A program made the translations under genes and the position numbers. DNA of 64,000 bases from Candidatus Bathyarchaeota archaeon (GTDB taxonomy: Archaea; Thermoproteota; Bathyarchaeia; Bathyarchaeales; Bathycorpusculaceae): contig CAVYES010000006.1 of assembly GCA_963767735.1 (NCBI GenBank), positions 320,001-384,000 on the forward strand, read 5' to 3'. The notes under the pieces are model-generated. The model searched no databases and was not told the DNA's origin. It saw nothing but the letters and a program-made list of their open reading frames with translations. This document shows, one piece after another, positions 50,065-60,369 of the stretch (its first letter is position 1; each line of letters begins with the position of its first letter).

Positions 50065-50754
50065 ATGAGTGAAAAGTTCACCGTTGCACGATTAAGCAAA
50101 GAAAACGAGCATTTTGAAATCCTAGTTAAACCTCAAAAGGCACTGGATTACCGCAACGGCAAAATCGCGGGAATAACCGAAGTTTTAGCAGCAGAAATAA
50201 TTTTTTCTGATGCAAACAAGGGCACCAAAGTTTCCGAAGAAGCGATGCATAAAGCCTTCGGAACCACAGACGCATTAAAAGTTGCTGATACGATTCTAAA
50301 AAAAGGTACGCTTCAACTTACAACTGAACAAAGACGTAAAATGGTCGAAGACAAAAAACGGCAAATTATTGATTTCATTTCAAGACAGGCGGTTGACCCG
50401 AAAACGAATCTGCCTCATCCCCCAATGCGTATAGAGAACGCGATGGAGCAAATCCGTTACCCAATTGACCCATACAAGCCAGTGGAAGAACAAGCCAAAG
50501 ATATAGTGAAATTGTTGCGGCCGATTTTGCCCTTAAAGATAGAGCAAGTAACGGTTGCAGTGAAGATACCCGCCCAATATTCTGCAAGAGCCTACGGGGC
50601 AGTCAAAACTTTAGGTACCATAAAACGGGAAGAATGGCGTGGAGACGGCTCATGGTATGGTGAAATAGAGTTGCCTGCTGGATCATACGCCTCGTTGCTA
50701 AACAAACTTGGCGACGTAACTAAGGGAAGTGGAGAAGCAAAAATAATCTCTTAA
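50065..50754 (+). CDS. sdo1: Ribosome maturation factor SBDS/Sdo1
   Basis: HFEILV, LQLTTEQRR and DPKTNLPHPP; exosome-operon position. Confidence 0.95.
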   Translation: MSEKFTVARLSKENEHFEILVKPQKALDYRNGKIAGITEVLAAEIIFSDANKGTKVSEEAMHKAFGTTDALKVADTILKKGTLQLTTEQRRKMVEDKKRQIIDFISRQAVDPKTNLPHPPMRIENAMEQIRYPIDPYKPVEEQAKDIVKLLRPILPLKIEQVTVAVKIPAQYSARAYGAVKTLGTIKREEWRGDGSWYGEIELPAGSYASLLNKLGDVTKGSGEAKIIS

Positions 50755-50779
50755 AAAATAAAATTGGATGGTGAAAAAT

Positions 50780-51490
50780 ATGCCAGTATTCTTTGAAAAA
50801 AAACAGCTTGTAACGCCCGGCGAATTGCTAGCTGAAGGCGATTATTTAGCTGGCGAAAACACATACGTGGAACAGAACAAAATTTACGCCTCAAGAATCG
50901 GACTTGTAGATACCGACAATAAAAAAGTAAACGTTGTTGCACTTAGGGCTTTTTACGTGCCTAAAATGGGTGACATTATAATTGGGTCAGTCGTGGAAGT
51001 CGGATTTAACGGCTGGACAGTTGACATTAAATCACCCTACACAGCGCTCCTGCGTGCATCAGACGTCTTAAGCAGGCCCTTCAAGCCTCAAAACGACGAG
51101 TTATCCGCAGTTTTAAACGCTGGCGACTTGATCGTTGCAAAAATCGCTTCGTATGACAGAGCACACGACCCACAGCTTACTGTTGGAGAGCCGGGGTTAG
51201 GAAAAATAACTCGAGGCCAAATTCTTCATGTGACACCAACAAAGATCCCCCGCATAATCGGAAGAAAAGGCTCAATGATTTCTATGATAAAACAGGAAAC
51301 AAATTGCCAAATTATTCTGGGGCTCAACGGAGTCATATTAGTCACCGGGAAAAACCTTGAGGAAGAAGATCTTGCCATAAAGGCGATTAAAAAGATTGAG
51401 GAAGAATCCCACACAACTGGCCTAACAGATCGCATAACACAGTTACTTAAGGAAAGTAAAGTTAAAGTGGAGGAAAATAAGAATGAGTGA
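50780..51490 (+). CDS. rrp4: Exosome RNA-binding protein Rrp4
   Basis: VTPGELL, S1 domain and KH motif [11 protein letters not shown]. Confidence 0.96.
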   Translation: MPVFFEKKQLVTPGELLAEGDYLAGENTYVEQNKIYASRIGLVDTDNKKVNVVALRAFYVPKMGDIIIGSVVEVGFNGWTVDIKSPYTALLRASDVLSRPFKPQNDELSAVLNAGDLIVAKIASYDRAHDPQLTVGEPGLGKITRGQILHVTPTKIPRIIGRKGSMISMIKQETNCQIILGLNGVILVTGKNLEEEDLAIKAIKKIEEESHTTGLTDRITQLLKESKVKVEENKNE

Positions 51491-52220
51491 AAAGCATGAA
51501 AAACTAATTGATAAAAAAGGTATCAGATTAGATGGTCGAAAAGCAGATGAACTTCGCCCTCTGAAGCTTCAAGTCGGCGTATTGTCACACGCTGACGGAT
51601 CAGCCTACATTGAACATGGAAAAAACAAGATTTTAGCCGCAGCTTTCGGTCCAAGAGAGATGCATCCAAAACACCTATCATTGCCAGACCGTATGGTTTT
51701 GCGGTGCCGTTATCACATGGCTCCATTTTCAGTGCAGGAACGCAAATCACCTGCGCCTTCAAGAAGAGAAATCGAGCTATCTAAAGTGATAAAGGAATGT
51801 TTAGAGCCAGCTTTGTTCTTGGAGCTTTATCCACGGACGGGTGTAGACGTTTTCGTTGAGGTGTTGCAGGCGGACGGTGGAACACGCTGCGCAAGCATCA
51901 CTGCCGCTGCACTGGCAATTGCCGACGCTGGCGTTCCAATGCGCGATTTGGTGGTTGCTTGTGCTGCTGGAAAGGTTGATGACACTGTAGTCTTGGACTT
52001 GTACGATGCTGAAGACAAGCTTGGCGCCGCGGATCTTCCGGTAGCTTATATGCCTAATTTGAATGCGGTTACTCTACTTCAGATGGATGGCAACCTTACC
52101 GCTGAGGAATTTGAGAAAGCATTGAACATGGCGATGGATGGATGCAAGAAAATCTATGAAATGCAGAAGGAAGCATTAAAAACTAAATACATGGTTGTTA
52201 AAGAGGAGGCTGAAGAGTAA
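51483..52220 (+). CDS. rrp41: Exosome exonuclease Rrp41
   Basis: [19 protein letters not shown] and QADGGTR. Confidence 0.97.
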   Translation: MSEKHEKLIDKKGIRLDGRKADELRPLKLQVGVLSHADGSAYIEHGKNKILAAAFGPREMHPKHLSLPDRMVLRCRYHMAPFSVQERKSPAPSRREIELSKVIKECLEPALFLELYPRTGVDVFVEVLQADGGTRCASITAAALAIADAGVPMRDLVVACAAGKVDDTVVLDLYDAEDKLGAADLPVAYMPNLNAVTLLQMDGNLTAEEFEKALNMAMDGCKKIYEMQKEALKTKYMVVKEEAEE

Positions 52221-53011
52221 TGTCATCACTTGTTACACGAGTTAGACTAAAGCAGATTGAGCAGTTTATCGAAAAGGGAAAACGCCTAGATGAACGCGGT
52301 TTGCGTGATACCCGAGAAATCAAAATTGAACAGGGTTTGATTGAGAAAGCTGAAGGTTCAGCTAGAGTTTTGCTTGGAAAGACACAGGTCCTTGTAGGCG
52401 TAAAAGTTGAAACTGGCGAACCATTCCCTGACACACCTAACGAAGGCGTCTTAACTGTTAACGCTGAGCTTGTTCCAATAGCTTCTCCGAATTTTGAGGC
52501 AGGACCACCTAACGAAGACTCCATTGAATTGGCCAGAGTTGTTGACAGAGGAATACGCGAGTCAAAAGTAATCGACAATGAAAAGCTTTGCATAGAGCCA
52601 GGCAAAAAAGTGTTCGTAGTGTTCGTAGACGTTTATGTGCTTAATCACGATGGAAACTTGATTGACGCTTCAGCTATAGCGGCCATGGCTGCCTTGCTAA
52701 ACACAAAGATGCCTAACTACGAAATCAAAGACGGCGAACTAAAGATTAAGCAGGGTTATACACCGTTACCCGTGAAAAGCCACCCAGTAACCGTTACTAT
52801 AGGAAAAATCAATGGTTCTCTCATAGTTGATCCTGGTCTGGAAGAAGAGCAAGTTATGGATTCGCGAATCTCGATGGCTATCAACGAGGAAGGACACATT
52901 TGCGCTGTTCAGAAGGGCGGCTCAGGCTATTTCACACCGCAACAGATTTTAGAGGCATCAAAGATTGCTCAGGAGAAAGCAGTAGAAATACGCAAGAAGC
53001 TTAATTGGTGA
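52220..53011 (+). CDS. rrp42: Exosome protein Rrp42
   Basis: ELARVVDRGIRES, DGNLIDA and VQKGG. Confidence 0.97.
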   Translation: MSSLVTRVRLKQIEQFIEKGKRLDERGLRDTREIKIEQGLIEKAEGSARVLLGKTQVLVGVKVETGEPFPDTPNEGVLTVNAELVPIASPNFEAGPPNEDSIELARVVDRGIRESKVIDNEKLCIEPGKKVFVVFVDVYVLNHDGNLIDASAIAAMAALLNTKMPNYEIKDGELKIKQGYTPLPVKSHPVTVTIGKINGSLIVDPGLEEEQVMDSRISMAINEEGHICAVQKGGSGYFTPQQILEASKIAQEKAVEIRKKLNW

Positions 53012-53016
53012 AAAAG

Positions 53017-53346
53017 TTGCCTAAAACAAAGAAAGTCGGTCCAACAAGAGGTTTAGGTCCACGTTACGGTGCCACAGTTAGGAAACGCTATATCAAAGTA
53101 ATAACCGAACTCAAAAGACCACACAAATGCCCAAGTTGCGGCTTCGTACGCGTTAGGCGTGAAAGCGTCGGCGTCTGGAAATGCAACAAATGCAGCTTCA
53201 CTTTTTCAGGCGGAGCCTACACTCCAACGACTAAACTGGGTATTGTAGCTAAGCGTGCAGCTAAAGGTTTGACCGTGGAGGAAGCCACAAAAGAAGCAGC
53301 CAAAGCTGAAGCTGTCGAGACGGCAACCGAAGAAGAAACCGACTAA
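53017..53346 (+). CDS. rpl37ae: 50S ribosomal protein L37Ae
   Basis: GPRYGATVRKR, CPSC, GVWKCNKC and GGAY. Confidence 0.96.
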   Translation: MPKTKKVGPTRGLGPRYGATVRKRYIKVITELKRPHKCPSCGFVRVRRESVGVWKCNKCSFTFSGGAYTPTTKLGIVAKRAAKGLTVEEATKEAAKAEAVETATEEETD

Positions 53347-53454
53347 CTTTCTCTTTTAATTTATTTTTTGTTTTTATTTTAGGTTTGTTTTTAGTCCAAG
53401 ATGCTGTTGCTGTGCTTTTATCATTCTTATTTTAACTATTAATAGTGTCCTCTC

Positions 53455-53585
53455 CTCTTTTGTAAAAGTTTGTTTTAAGTTGCTTTTTTGGTTTAGGATT
53501 TGCATCTGGTTTAACTCGCGGTTAAAAATGGTTGAAAATGGTAAAGAAAGGTGTGAAAAGGTTAAAAAAGGCTAGAAAAGGTGCT
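53455..53585 (-). repeat. Family B core with decamer array, inverted
   Basis: Reverse complement CCTAAACCAAAAAAGCAACTTAAAAC; GG-phased decamers at 53520-53584. Confidence 0.75.
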
Positions 53586-53689
53586 TTTTCATGGATTCAC
53601 TGAGGTTCAAAATAAGGGAAGCCAAATCGGCTTTAGCTTCGGTTTTTGTTTATTAATTGGGCTTCATTGATTAATCTTGGGCGCTCTAA

Positions 53690-53947
53690 ATGGCAACTAA
53701 TGCAAAAGCTACTATTCGCTTAAAACTTCTCTCGGACAAACAGCTGACCACGCTTCTCAATGCATTAACGCCGGAGGCCAACGCGCCGGCAACAAGACGC
53801 GCCAAAGTAAAATTGAAAAAAGACGGCTTATTTTTGACATTGACGGTTGAGGCAGATGACACCGTGGCTTTGCGCTCAACACTGAATGCTTATTTACGTT
53901 GGATAGCCTCAATAGTTAATGTCATATCGTTGGTAGCGCAAGCTTAA
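53690..53947 (+). CDS. pcc1: KEOPS complex subunit Pcc1
   Basis: ALTPE..LTVEADDTVALRSTLNAYLRWI. Confidence 0.88.
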   Translation: MATNAKATIRLKLLSDKQLTTLLNALTPEANAPATRRAKVKLKKDGLFLTLTVEADDTVALRSTLNAYLRWIASIVNVISLVAQA

Positions 53948-54014
53948 TTTTTTGGGTTATATCGCTTTTATGTTTGGTAGCGAAAAATTTTGATGTTAAC
54001 TTAAATACTTAAGC

Positions 54015-54494
54015 GTGTCAAATCTCCGATTAGCTGAGCCAAGATCGATGAGCAACAACAAAGACTCAGAGAACAGCATAGAGGAAGTAAGCAAAAAACT
54101 AGACCAGATCCTAAGCCGCCTAAGCCTGCTCGAAGAATTAATAACGGAAAAGCCCGAGTTTGAAGGCCTAACTGCTGCGCTAAGGCTTACCCGCGTAGGA
54201 GTTGGCATGTACGGTGAACCACTGAAAATCGCCGCCAGATTGAAAGATGCACAAGCATTTCTTCAACAAAAAGCCATCGCACAAGATGACATTTCACGCT
54301 GCGTAATTCAGGCGTTAGCCGTAAAAGGGGCACTCAACATTTCGGCAATCACGCGGCAAGTGTCTGCCATGCGAGGGAAAGCGAGCAGGCGCATAGTTCG
54401 GCAAAGGGTTCAGAAGCTTCATCAACAAGGCATTCTTGTGAAGGTGGACGGTAAACCTCCGACTTATGAATTGGCAAATAAGGCTGCCCATTAA
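54015..54494 (+). CDS. Putative winged-helix transcriptional regulator
   Basis: LNISAITRQVSAMRGKASRRIVRQRVQKL..G helix-turn-helix and wing. Confidence 0.75.
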   Translation: MSNLRLAEPRSMSNNKDSENSIEEVSKKLDQILSRLSLLEELITEKPEFEGLTAALRLTRVGVGMYGEPLKIAARLKDAQAFLQQKAIAQDDISRCVIQALAVKGALNISAITRQVSAMRGKASRRIVRQRVQKLHQQGILVKVDGKPPTYELANKAAH

Positions 54495-54496
54495 CT

Positions 54497-54534
54497 TGGT
54501 CACTTTTGTGCAGAAGCCACAAATTAAGTGACCA
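54497..54534. promoter_or_regulatory. Inverted-repeat operator candidate, copy 1
   Basis: TGGTCACTT-N20-AAGTGACCA. Confidence 0.65.
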
Positions 54535-54595
54535 GACTATATGTTATCAAAATGCTTGGAGTTGATTTGAGACGTCAAATATTTGGTTTAGCCTA

Positions 54596-55084
54596 ATGGC
54601 GGCAGAATTTAAAATAAGAGATTATCTTCATCCCCGCCAAGAAATCATAAAAGAAGTAGAGATAAAAGCAGGATTTCAAGTGCTGGATTACGGCTGCGGA
54701 CCAGGCGGTTACGTGCCTCCGGTCTCGGAAGCCATAGGGTCGACAGGTACACTGTACGCTTTGGACGCTATGCCCATTGCCATCAAGATGGTCACCAAAA
54801 TCGTTGCAAAAAACGAACTCAAGAACGTGAAAACAGTTCTTTCGGATTGCGCCACTGGGCTTCAAAACGAAGCGTTAGACGTTGTTTTGCTTTATGATGT
54901 CTTTCATGATTTATCCGACCAAAATGCCGTTTTAAAAGAACTTCACCGAGTATTGAAGCCAAACGGTCAATTATCGTTCAGTGACCATCACATGAAAGAG
55001 AACGACATCATCTCAGTAATAACAGGCACGGGCTTGTTTAAACTCCAAAAGAAAGGCAAGTACACTTACAGCTTCACCAAATAA
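54596..55084 (+). CDS. Class I SAM-dependent methyltransferase
   Basis: VLDYGCGPG and ELHRVLKPNG. Confidence 0.9.
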   Translation: MAAEFKIRDYLHPRQEIIKEVEIKAGFQVLDYGCGPGGYVPPVSEAIGSTGTLYALDAMPIAIKMVTKIVAKNELKNVKTVLSDCATGLQNEALDVVLLYDVFHDLSDQNAVLKELHRVLKPNGQLSFSDHHMKENDIISVITGTGLFKLQKKGKYTYSFTK

Positions 55085-55250
55085 AACGGCGGCGGGATAT
55101 AATCTCCGCGTATTTTTCTTTTTGTGTTCCTCTCCTTTCTATCTACCCATAGTTAGTCGATTTCTTTTAATTTACTATTTGAGTCTGGAACTACAAGCTT
55201 AGATGGCACATTTTTTCAGTAAGAGTTGGCTTAAAATTTGACCAGTAACT

Positions 55251-55288
55251 TGGTCACTTTTGCACAGAACATCTAACTTAGGTGACCA
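55251..55288. promoter_or_regulatory. Inverted-repeat operator candidate, copy 2
   Basis: TGGTCACTT-N20-AGGTGACCA, with an extra TGACCA half-site at 55239. Confidence 0.65.
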
Positions 55289-55316
55289 CCCCTTATTGTT
55301 TTAAGGAGCAAACAAC

Positions 55317-55634
55317 ATGTCTCAAGAAGAAAGAAAAAACAAAAAGATGGATCCAGAAAACCTAAAAGAGCTACTCAGCGTTGTCTCGACTGAAGTTCCC
55401 ACAATGATAAAAAGCATAGTAAACACAGTGTTCTCTGAAGAAGCGGGACGCAACATGGGCAAAGCAGCTGCAGCATACTACAAAGAGCTTAAAGCAGGCG
55501 GATTGCCAGATGAAGTTGCAGTTAAGCTGACACAGGAGTACATGCAGACATTCACCAACTTCGGCTCTATGCTTAGAGCTGGCGGCAATGGCATGTGGGG
55601 AAAGCATATGCATTCAAGGGAGGCAGACGAGTAG
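55317..55634 (+). CDS. Conserved hypothetical protein
   Basis: AGGAG RBS; YYKELKAGGLPDEVAVKLT. Confidence 0.8.
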   Translation: MSQEERKNKKMDPENLKELLSVVSTEVPTMIKSIVNTVFSEEAGRNMGKAAAAYYKELKAGGLPDEVAVKLTQEYMQTFTNFGSMLRAGGNGMWGKHMHSREADE

Positions 55635-55661
55635 CTCCTCTCTTTTTCTTAAAGGTGGAAC

Positions 55662-55922
55662 TTGAAAATGACTGAAGGTAAATGGGTCACACCGATGTTT
55701 AAGTCAACACCTCATATGGCAATCTTAATCCTTACATTAGCATGGACATACTTCACACTCGGATGGAAAGTGCGAAGAACAAGGAGAGCGTTTGAAAAGC
55801 AAGTGATGGCACAAGGCATGTCCAAAGAGGATGCGCAGCAACTTAGTGCGTGCTTCACTGACCTCAAAAACAGCATTACCCGCACGGTCAAGCAGGGCTT
55901 GACAAATGGTGGGTTTCGATAA
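55662..55922 (+). CDS. Hypothetical membrane-anchored protein
   Basis: One hydrophobic helix, then FEKQVMAQGMSKEDAQQL. Confidence 0.7.
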   Translation: MKMTEGKWVTPMFKSTPHMAILILTLAWTYFTLGWKVRRTRRAFEKQVMAQGMSKEDAQQLSACFTDLKNSITRTVKQGLTNGGFR

Positions 55923-56060
55923 AATTTTTGCAAGCCATTATATTAGGATGAGGATGTTCGATTGAATCGTTCTGGCTTAGAATGCCTAAAATCGAGTTTC
56001 CCGCGAGTGTTTGCTTGTCAAAGACGTTGGTGAGGGAGCTTTATTTTAAATGATTAAGTT

Positions 56061-56318
56061 TTACTTGTACTTTGTCTTGAGCGTTAAAATTACAAGGGCC
56101 TGAATGAAGGCTAAAGAGTTGGCAACCATTATCGGCATATTCTTCAGGTAAACCCCGTAAATAAACCACAAGAACACGCCTCCGCAGTATAGCAAGAACA
56201 TGCCTGTTGAGATGTCTTTGGTTGATTTGGTTTTCCAAACCTTGATTAACTGCGGAAAAAGTGAGACTGTTGTGAAGACAGCGGCGATTAACCCAATTAT
56301 TGTTATTGTATCTATCAT
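56061..56318 (-). CDS. SemiSWEET (PQ-loop) transporter
   Basis: SLFPQLIKVWKTKSTKDIS..LWFIYG..PIMVAN. Confidence 0.92.
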   Translation of the reverse strand: MIDTITIIGLIAAVFTTVSLFPQLIKVWKTKSTKDISTGMFLLYCGGVFLWFIYGVYLKNMPIMVANSLAFIQALVILTLKTKYK

Positions 56319-56506
56319 ATTCTTGTTGCTAGTTTACATGAGATTGGTATTTATGTTTCGCTTACTAAAACAAAACTGTCCATCGAGAACCCAATAACCT
56401 GAGATGCTGATTGACGGTTGATGTTGCCTTTGGGTCAAAAAGGTTTAAATAAATACTGTTTCATTTCGTATATGCTTTAAAGCTTAAAAACGGATGAAAA
56501 TTTAAC

Positions 56507-56998
56507 ATGTCACAGGAATATCGCTATATACTTCGTATTATGGGTACAGACGTTCAAGGTACCCTTAAGGTTTCTTACGCAGTGGCGCAAGTAAAAGGAG
56601 TAAGCATGAGCCTTTCAAACGCAATCTTGAAGAAGGCGGGAGTGAACCCTGATCTGCGAGTAGGCTTAATAACAGAATCAGACGTATCAAAAATAGAGGA
56701 TGTCATTAAAGATCCAGCAAAATATAGCCTGCCAACTTGGCTTTTTAACAGGCGAAAAGACTCTGAAACAGGAAAAGACATGCATCTTTTAAGCGCTGAC
56801 TTAGTTTTGAGAACAAAACAGGATATTGATGAGGCAAAAAACATTAGGTCTTGGCGTGGATACCGCCATGCTTACGGCTTGAAAGTTCGTGGGCAACATA
56901 CAAAAACCACTGGAAGAGCTGGCAAAGCCTTAGGAGTCAAAAAGAAGACTTTGCTGCAGAAGCCTGGTGGAGCACCAGCCGCTGAAGGAGGCAAATAA
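56507..56998 (+). CDS. rps13: 30S ribosomal protein S13
   Basis: WLFNRRKD and [23 protein letters not shown]. Confidence 0.97.
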   Translation: MSQEYRYILRIMGTDVQGTLKVSYAVAQVKGVSMSLSNAILKKAGVNPDLRVGLITESDVSKIEDVIKDPAKYSLPTWLFNRRKDSETGKDMHLLSADLVLRTKQDIDEAKNIRSWRGYRHAYGLKVRGQHTKTTGRAGKALGVKKKTLLQKPGGAPAAEGGK

Positions 56999-57000
56999 GT

Positions 57001-57591
57001 ATGGGAGATCCAAAGAAGCAGCGTAAGAAATTTGATACTCCCCGTTTTCGATGGCGCAAAGATATCCTTCAGGAAGAACTCAAATTGGTAGGTCAATATG
57101 GCTTACGAAACAAGCATGAACTTTGGCGTCTTAAAACTACTTTGTCAAAAACCAGGGGAATCGCCCGGTTACTTGTCAGCAGAACTCCTGAAGAACGCGA
57201 AAAAATGGAGAACGAGCAGCTTGCCAAACTCAAAAAACTCGGCATTCTGCAAGAAACCGCTGTGTTGGACAACGTTTTAGACTTAACCATTGAGGACATT
57301 TTAGAACGTAGACTTCAAACAATCGTTTTCCGCAAAGGTTTAGCAAGAACAATTTTCCAATCACGCCAACTAATCACCCACGGACACATAACGATAGATG
57401 GTCGCCGAGTAACAATCCCCGGCTACATAGTGCCCAAAGCAGATGAAACAAACATCATCTATTCCCCAGAGAGTGCAGTTGCAAAACAAGAACACCCGTT
57501 ACGCGTCGGATTAAGCGTCGTAGCTAAACAACCAGAAATTAGGCAGCCTGCCCGAGGCGGAAGAAGAGGCGGAAGAGGCGGCAGATTTTGA
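57001..57591 (+). CDS. rps4: 30S ribosomal protein S4
   Basis: [16 protein letters not shown] and LERRLQT. Confidence 0.97.
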   Translation: MGDPKKQRKKFDTPRFRWRKDILQEELKLVGQYGLRNKHELWRLKTTLSKTRGIARLLVSRTPEEREKMENEQLAKLKKLGILQETAVLDNVLDLTIEDILERRLQTIVFRKGLARTIFQSRQLITHGHITIDGRRVTIPGYIVPKADETNIIYSPESAVAKQEHPLRVGLSVVAKQPEIRQPARGGRRGGRGGRF

Positions 57592-57998
57592 GCAGCAACG
57601 CCAACAGCAAACGCAATGACAAATGGGCAATTGTCCACATCTTCAGCTCCTACAATAACACACTAATTCACATAACTGACATTTCAGGCGCAGAAACAAT
57701 CGCTCGTACTAGCGGCGGGATGTTCGTTAAAGCAGACCGCATGGAATCATCACCTTACGCTGCCATGCGTGCAGCAACGGGCGCAGCTGAAGTAGCGAGG
57801 GATAAAGGAATAACAGCCATCCACATTAAAGTGCGAGCGCCAGGCGGTTCGGGGCCAAGAACTCCGGGGCCAGGTGCTCAAGCAGCCATTCGTGCTCTTG
57901 CAAGATTTGGTTTCCGTATTGAGCGGATTGAAGAAGTTACACCTATTCCCCACGACGGCACAAGAAGGCCTGGCGGCAGAAGAGGAAGAAGAGTTTAA
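57588..57998 (+). CDS. rps11: 30S ribosomal protein S11
   Basis: [14 protein letters not shown] and TPIPHDGTR. Confidence 0.97.
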   Translation: MSSNANSKRNDKWAIVHIFSSYNNTLIHITDISGAETIARTSGGMFVKADRMESSPYAAMRAATGAAEVARDKGITAIHIKVRAPGGSGPRTPGPGAQAAIRALARFGFRIERIEEVTPIPHDGTRRPGGRRGRRV

Positions 57999-58083
57999 TC
58001 TCAATTTTCCCTTCTTTATTAACAGAAAAATTGAAATAATGCACCAATATCTGTATTGAACGCATTATTGGAGTGTCTAGCAA

Positions 58084-58899
58084 GTGAAAATAGAAATCCT
58101 AGAAAAAAACGATAACAACCTCCGCATAATCGTAAGAGAAGCGGACGTTCCGTTAATGAACGCTCTGCGTCGAATAGCACTTGCTGAGGTACCCACCATG
58201 GCAATTGAAGAAGTTGTCATGATAGAAAATTCGTCAATTTTGCAAGATGAAATAATCGCCCATCGGCTAGGGCTAACGCCACTAAAAACTGACTTGGACG
58301 CTTACAATCTTCCTGAAGTATGCGAATGTAAAAGCGAATTCGGCTGCGCACAATGTCGAGTGACGCTTACGCTGGATGCGGAAGCGAAGGAAGGAACAAG
58401 AACAGTTTATTCAGGCGAAATCGTTTCAGAAAATCCCGAAATTATCCCAGTGTCAGACAAGATCCCGATAGTGAAGCTGGCTAAAAACCAGAAATTAAAA
58501 CTTGAAGCCTATGCACGGCTCGGAAGAGGTAAAATCCACGCCAAGTGGCAGCCAGTTTCAATGTGTGCTTACAAATATTTTCCACAGATAACCGTTCCAA
58601 CTGAGAAATGTGAAGAATGCGGAAAATGCGTGGACATTTGCCCCAGGAAAGTGTTCACTTACAAGGAAGAGAAAGTTGATGTTAGAGACCTCTTAGCATG
58701 CAACCTTTGCATGGACTGTGTTGAAGCATGCCCCAAAAAACCAGCGCCTTTGAAGGTTGAATGGGAAAAGAATGCTTTCATAATGAACATTGAGTCAACA
58801 GGCGCGCTTCCTCCAGAACGTATCCTTAAAGAAGCTGCCAAAACGTTAGGCAAACAATTAAACGAATTTGAAGAATTAGTAAAGGCTGAACAACAATGA
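58084..58899 (+). CDS. rpoD: RNA polymerase subunit D (Rpo3) with ferredoxin-like insert
   Basis: NALRRI, AHRLGL and HAKWQP; two CxxCxxCxxxCP motifs. Confidence 0.97.
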   Translation: MKIEILEKNDNNLRIIVREADVPLMNALRRIALAEVPTMAIEEVVMIENSSILQDEIIAHRLGLTPLKTDLDAYNLPEVCECKSEFGCAQCRVTLTLDAEAKEGTRTVYSGEIVSENPEIIPVSDKIPIVKLAKNQKLKLEAYARLGRGKIHAKWQPVSMCAYKYFPQITVPTEKCEECGKCVDICPRKVFTYKEEKVDVRDLLACNLCMDCVEACPKKPAPLKVEWEKNAFIMNIESTGALPPERILKEAAKTLGKQLNEFEELVKAEQQ

Positions 58900-59258
58900 G
58901 AGAAACCAAAACAACAAACCCGGAATTAATCCAGCTTATTCGCCTTCTAAAGAAAGAAAGCCGAGAAAAACAAGCAGCCATCTGGCTAGATGTTGCCGAC
59001 CATTTGTCCAAAACACGGAGTCAACGCATCTCTGTTAACCTGAGCAGAATAAACAGGAACACTAAGAGAAGCGATATAGTAGTAGTTCCCGGAAAACTCT
59101 TGGGTTCAGGAAGCATAAACCATGCAGTAACGGTGGCGTCTTTTGGTGCTTCTGAGAAAGCGAAGGCAAAACTTGTTGCTGCCAAAGCAAAATATCTTTC
59201 AATCCCTGAGCTCTTAGAGAAAAATCCAACCGGCGCAAAAATAAAGATTATTCGGTGA
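58896..59258 (+). CDS. rpl18e: 50S ribosomal protein L18e
   Basis: VNLSRINR and VVVPGKLLGSG. Confidence 0.96.
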   Translation: MRETKTTNPELIQLIRLLKKESREKQAAIWLDVADHLSKTRSQRISVNLSRINRNTKRSDIVVVPGKLLGSGSINHAVTVASFGASEKAKAKLVAAKAKYLSIPELLEKNPTGAKIKIIR

Positions 59259-59263
59259 AAAAA

Positions 59264-59710
59264 ATGCAAACAACAAAACCGTCTGTCACACTGGTAAATG
59301 CTGAAGGATTAATAGTTGGCAGAATGTGTAGTAAAGTTGCCAAAAGATTACTAAACGGCGAAGACGTAATCATCCTTAACGCTGAGAAAGCCGTGTTCTC
59401 AGGCAAAAAGAAGAGCAAAGTTTTAGAAGCCCACATCTTTCTTGAAGTTGGCGCTCCAAGGCGCGGTCCATTCCATTACAGAAGACCCGATCGTTTCCTG
59501 CGAAAAGCCGTAAGAGGGATGGTTCCGTATAAGCAGCCGAAAGGCAAAAACGCCTATAAACGGCTCAAAGTATTTATGGGCGTACCTTTAGAGTTCAAAA
59601 ACCAAGAAATGATCACTTTCACAGAAGCTTCAGCTGCTAATCTTAAAGGGCCACATTTCACCCTTGGAGAAATGGCGAAAGAAATCGGATGGAACGACAG
59701 GATGAAATAA
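59264..59710 (+). CDS. rpl13: 50S ribosomal protein L13
   Basis: GRMCSKVAK, NAEKAV and VRGMVP. Confidence 0.96.
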   Translation: MQTTKPSVTLVNAEGLIVGRMCSKVAKRLLNGEDVIILNAEKAVFSGKKKSKVLEAHIFLEVGAPRRGPFHYRRPDRFLRKAVRGMVPYKQPKGKNAYKRLKVFMGVPLEFKNQEMITFTEASAANLKGPHFTLGEMAKEIGWNDRMK

Positions 59711-59712
59711 TT

Positions 59713-60123
59713 ATGCCAGCGAAAAAAGTTTTAGTTGTTAGTGGAAAAAGAAAAACAGCAGTCGCCCGCGCCATAGTTAAACAAGGCGTAGGCAAAGTAC
59801 GAATAAACATGACTCCAGTTGAAATTTACGAGCCAGACATCGCCCGCGCAAAAATAATGGAGCCTCTGCTACAGGCTGGCGGAGACGTTTGGCAGCAACT
59901 AGACATGGATATTAAAACCAGCGGCGGAGGGTACATGGGACAGGCAGAAGCCGCACGAATGGCGGTTGCAAACGCGCTTCTCAAATGGACTAAGAGCACT
60001 CATTTACGCACGGTGTTTTACGAGTATGACCGAACAATGGTTGCTGGAGACTCCCGAACTAAAGAAACCAAAAAGGTCGGCGGAGCAGGCGCAAGGTCAA
60101 AGGAACAGAAAAGTTACAGGTAA
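59713..60123 (+). CDS. rps9: 30S ribosomal protein S9
   Basis: GKRKTAVARA, GGGYMGQAEA and QKSYR. Confidence 0.97.
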   Translation: MPAKKVLVVSGKRKTAVARAIVKQGVGKVRINMTPVEIYEPDIARAKIMEPLLQAGGDVWQQLDMDIKTSGGGYMGQAEAARMAVANALLKWTKSTHLRTVFYEYDRTMVAGDSRTKETKKVGGAGARSKEQKSYR

Positions 60124-60138
60124 GGTGGAAAAAAACAA

Positions 60139-60369
60139 ATGATTATTCCCGTAAGATGCTTCACATGCGGCAAACTGGTCGGAGACCAATGGGACGAGTT
60201 CACAAGGCGCATCAAAACCGGCGAGAACGCAAGCGACATCCTAGACAGCCTTGGCTTAAAACGGTACTGTTGCAGACGTATGCTCCTCTCGAACGTCGAA
60301 ATAATCGATGAAGTCCTGCGCTTCTACGAAGAAGCAGAGAAAAGAAAAGAAGCACGCAACCTCTACTAA
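60139..60369 (+). CDS. rpoN: RNA polymerase subunit N (Rpo10)
   Basis: [12 protein letters not shown] and RYCCRRMLL. Confidence 0.97.
   Translation: MIIPVRCFTCGKLVGDQWDEFTRRIKTGENASDILDSLGLKRYCCRRMLLSNVEIIDEVLRFYEEAEKRKEARNLY

Noticed and set aside
58084-58899. Fe-S insert in RpoD as a novelty
   Set aside because: Ferredoxin-like domains in archaeal Rpo3 are already known.
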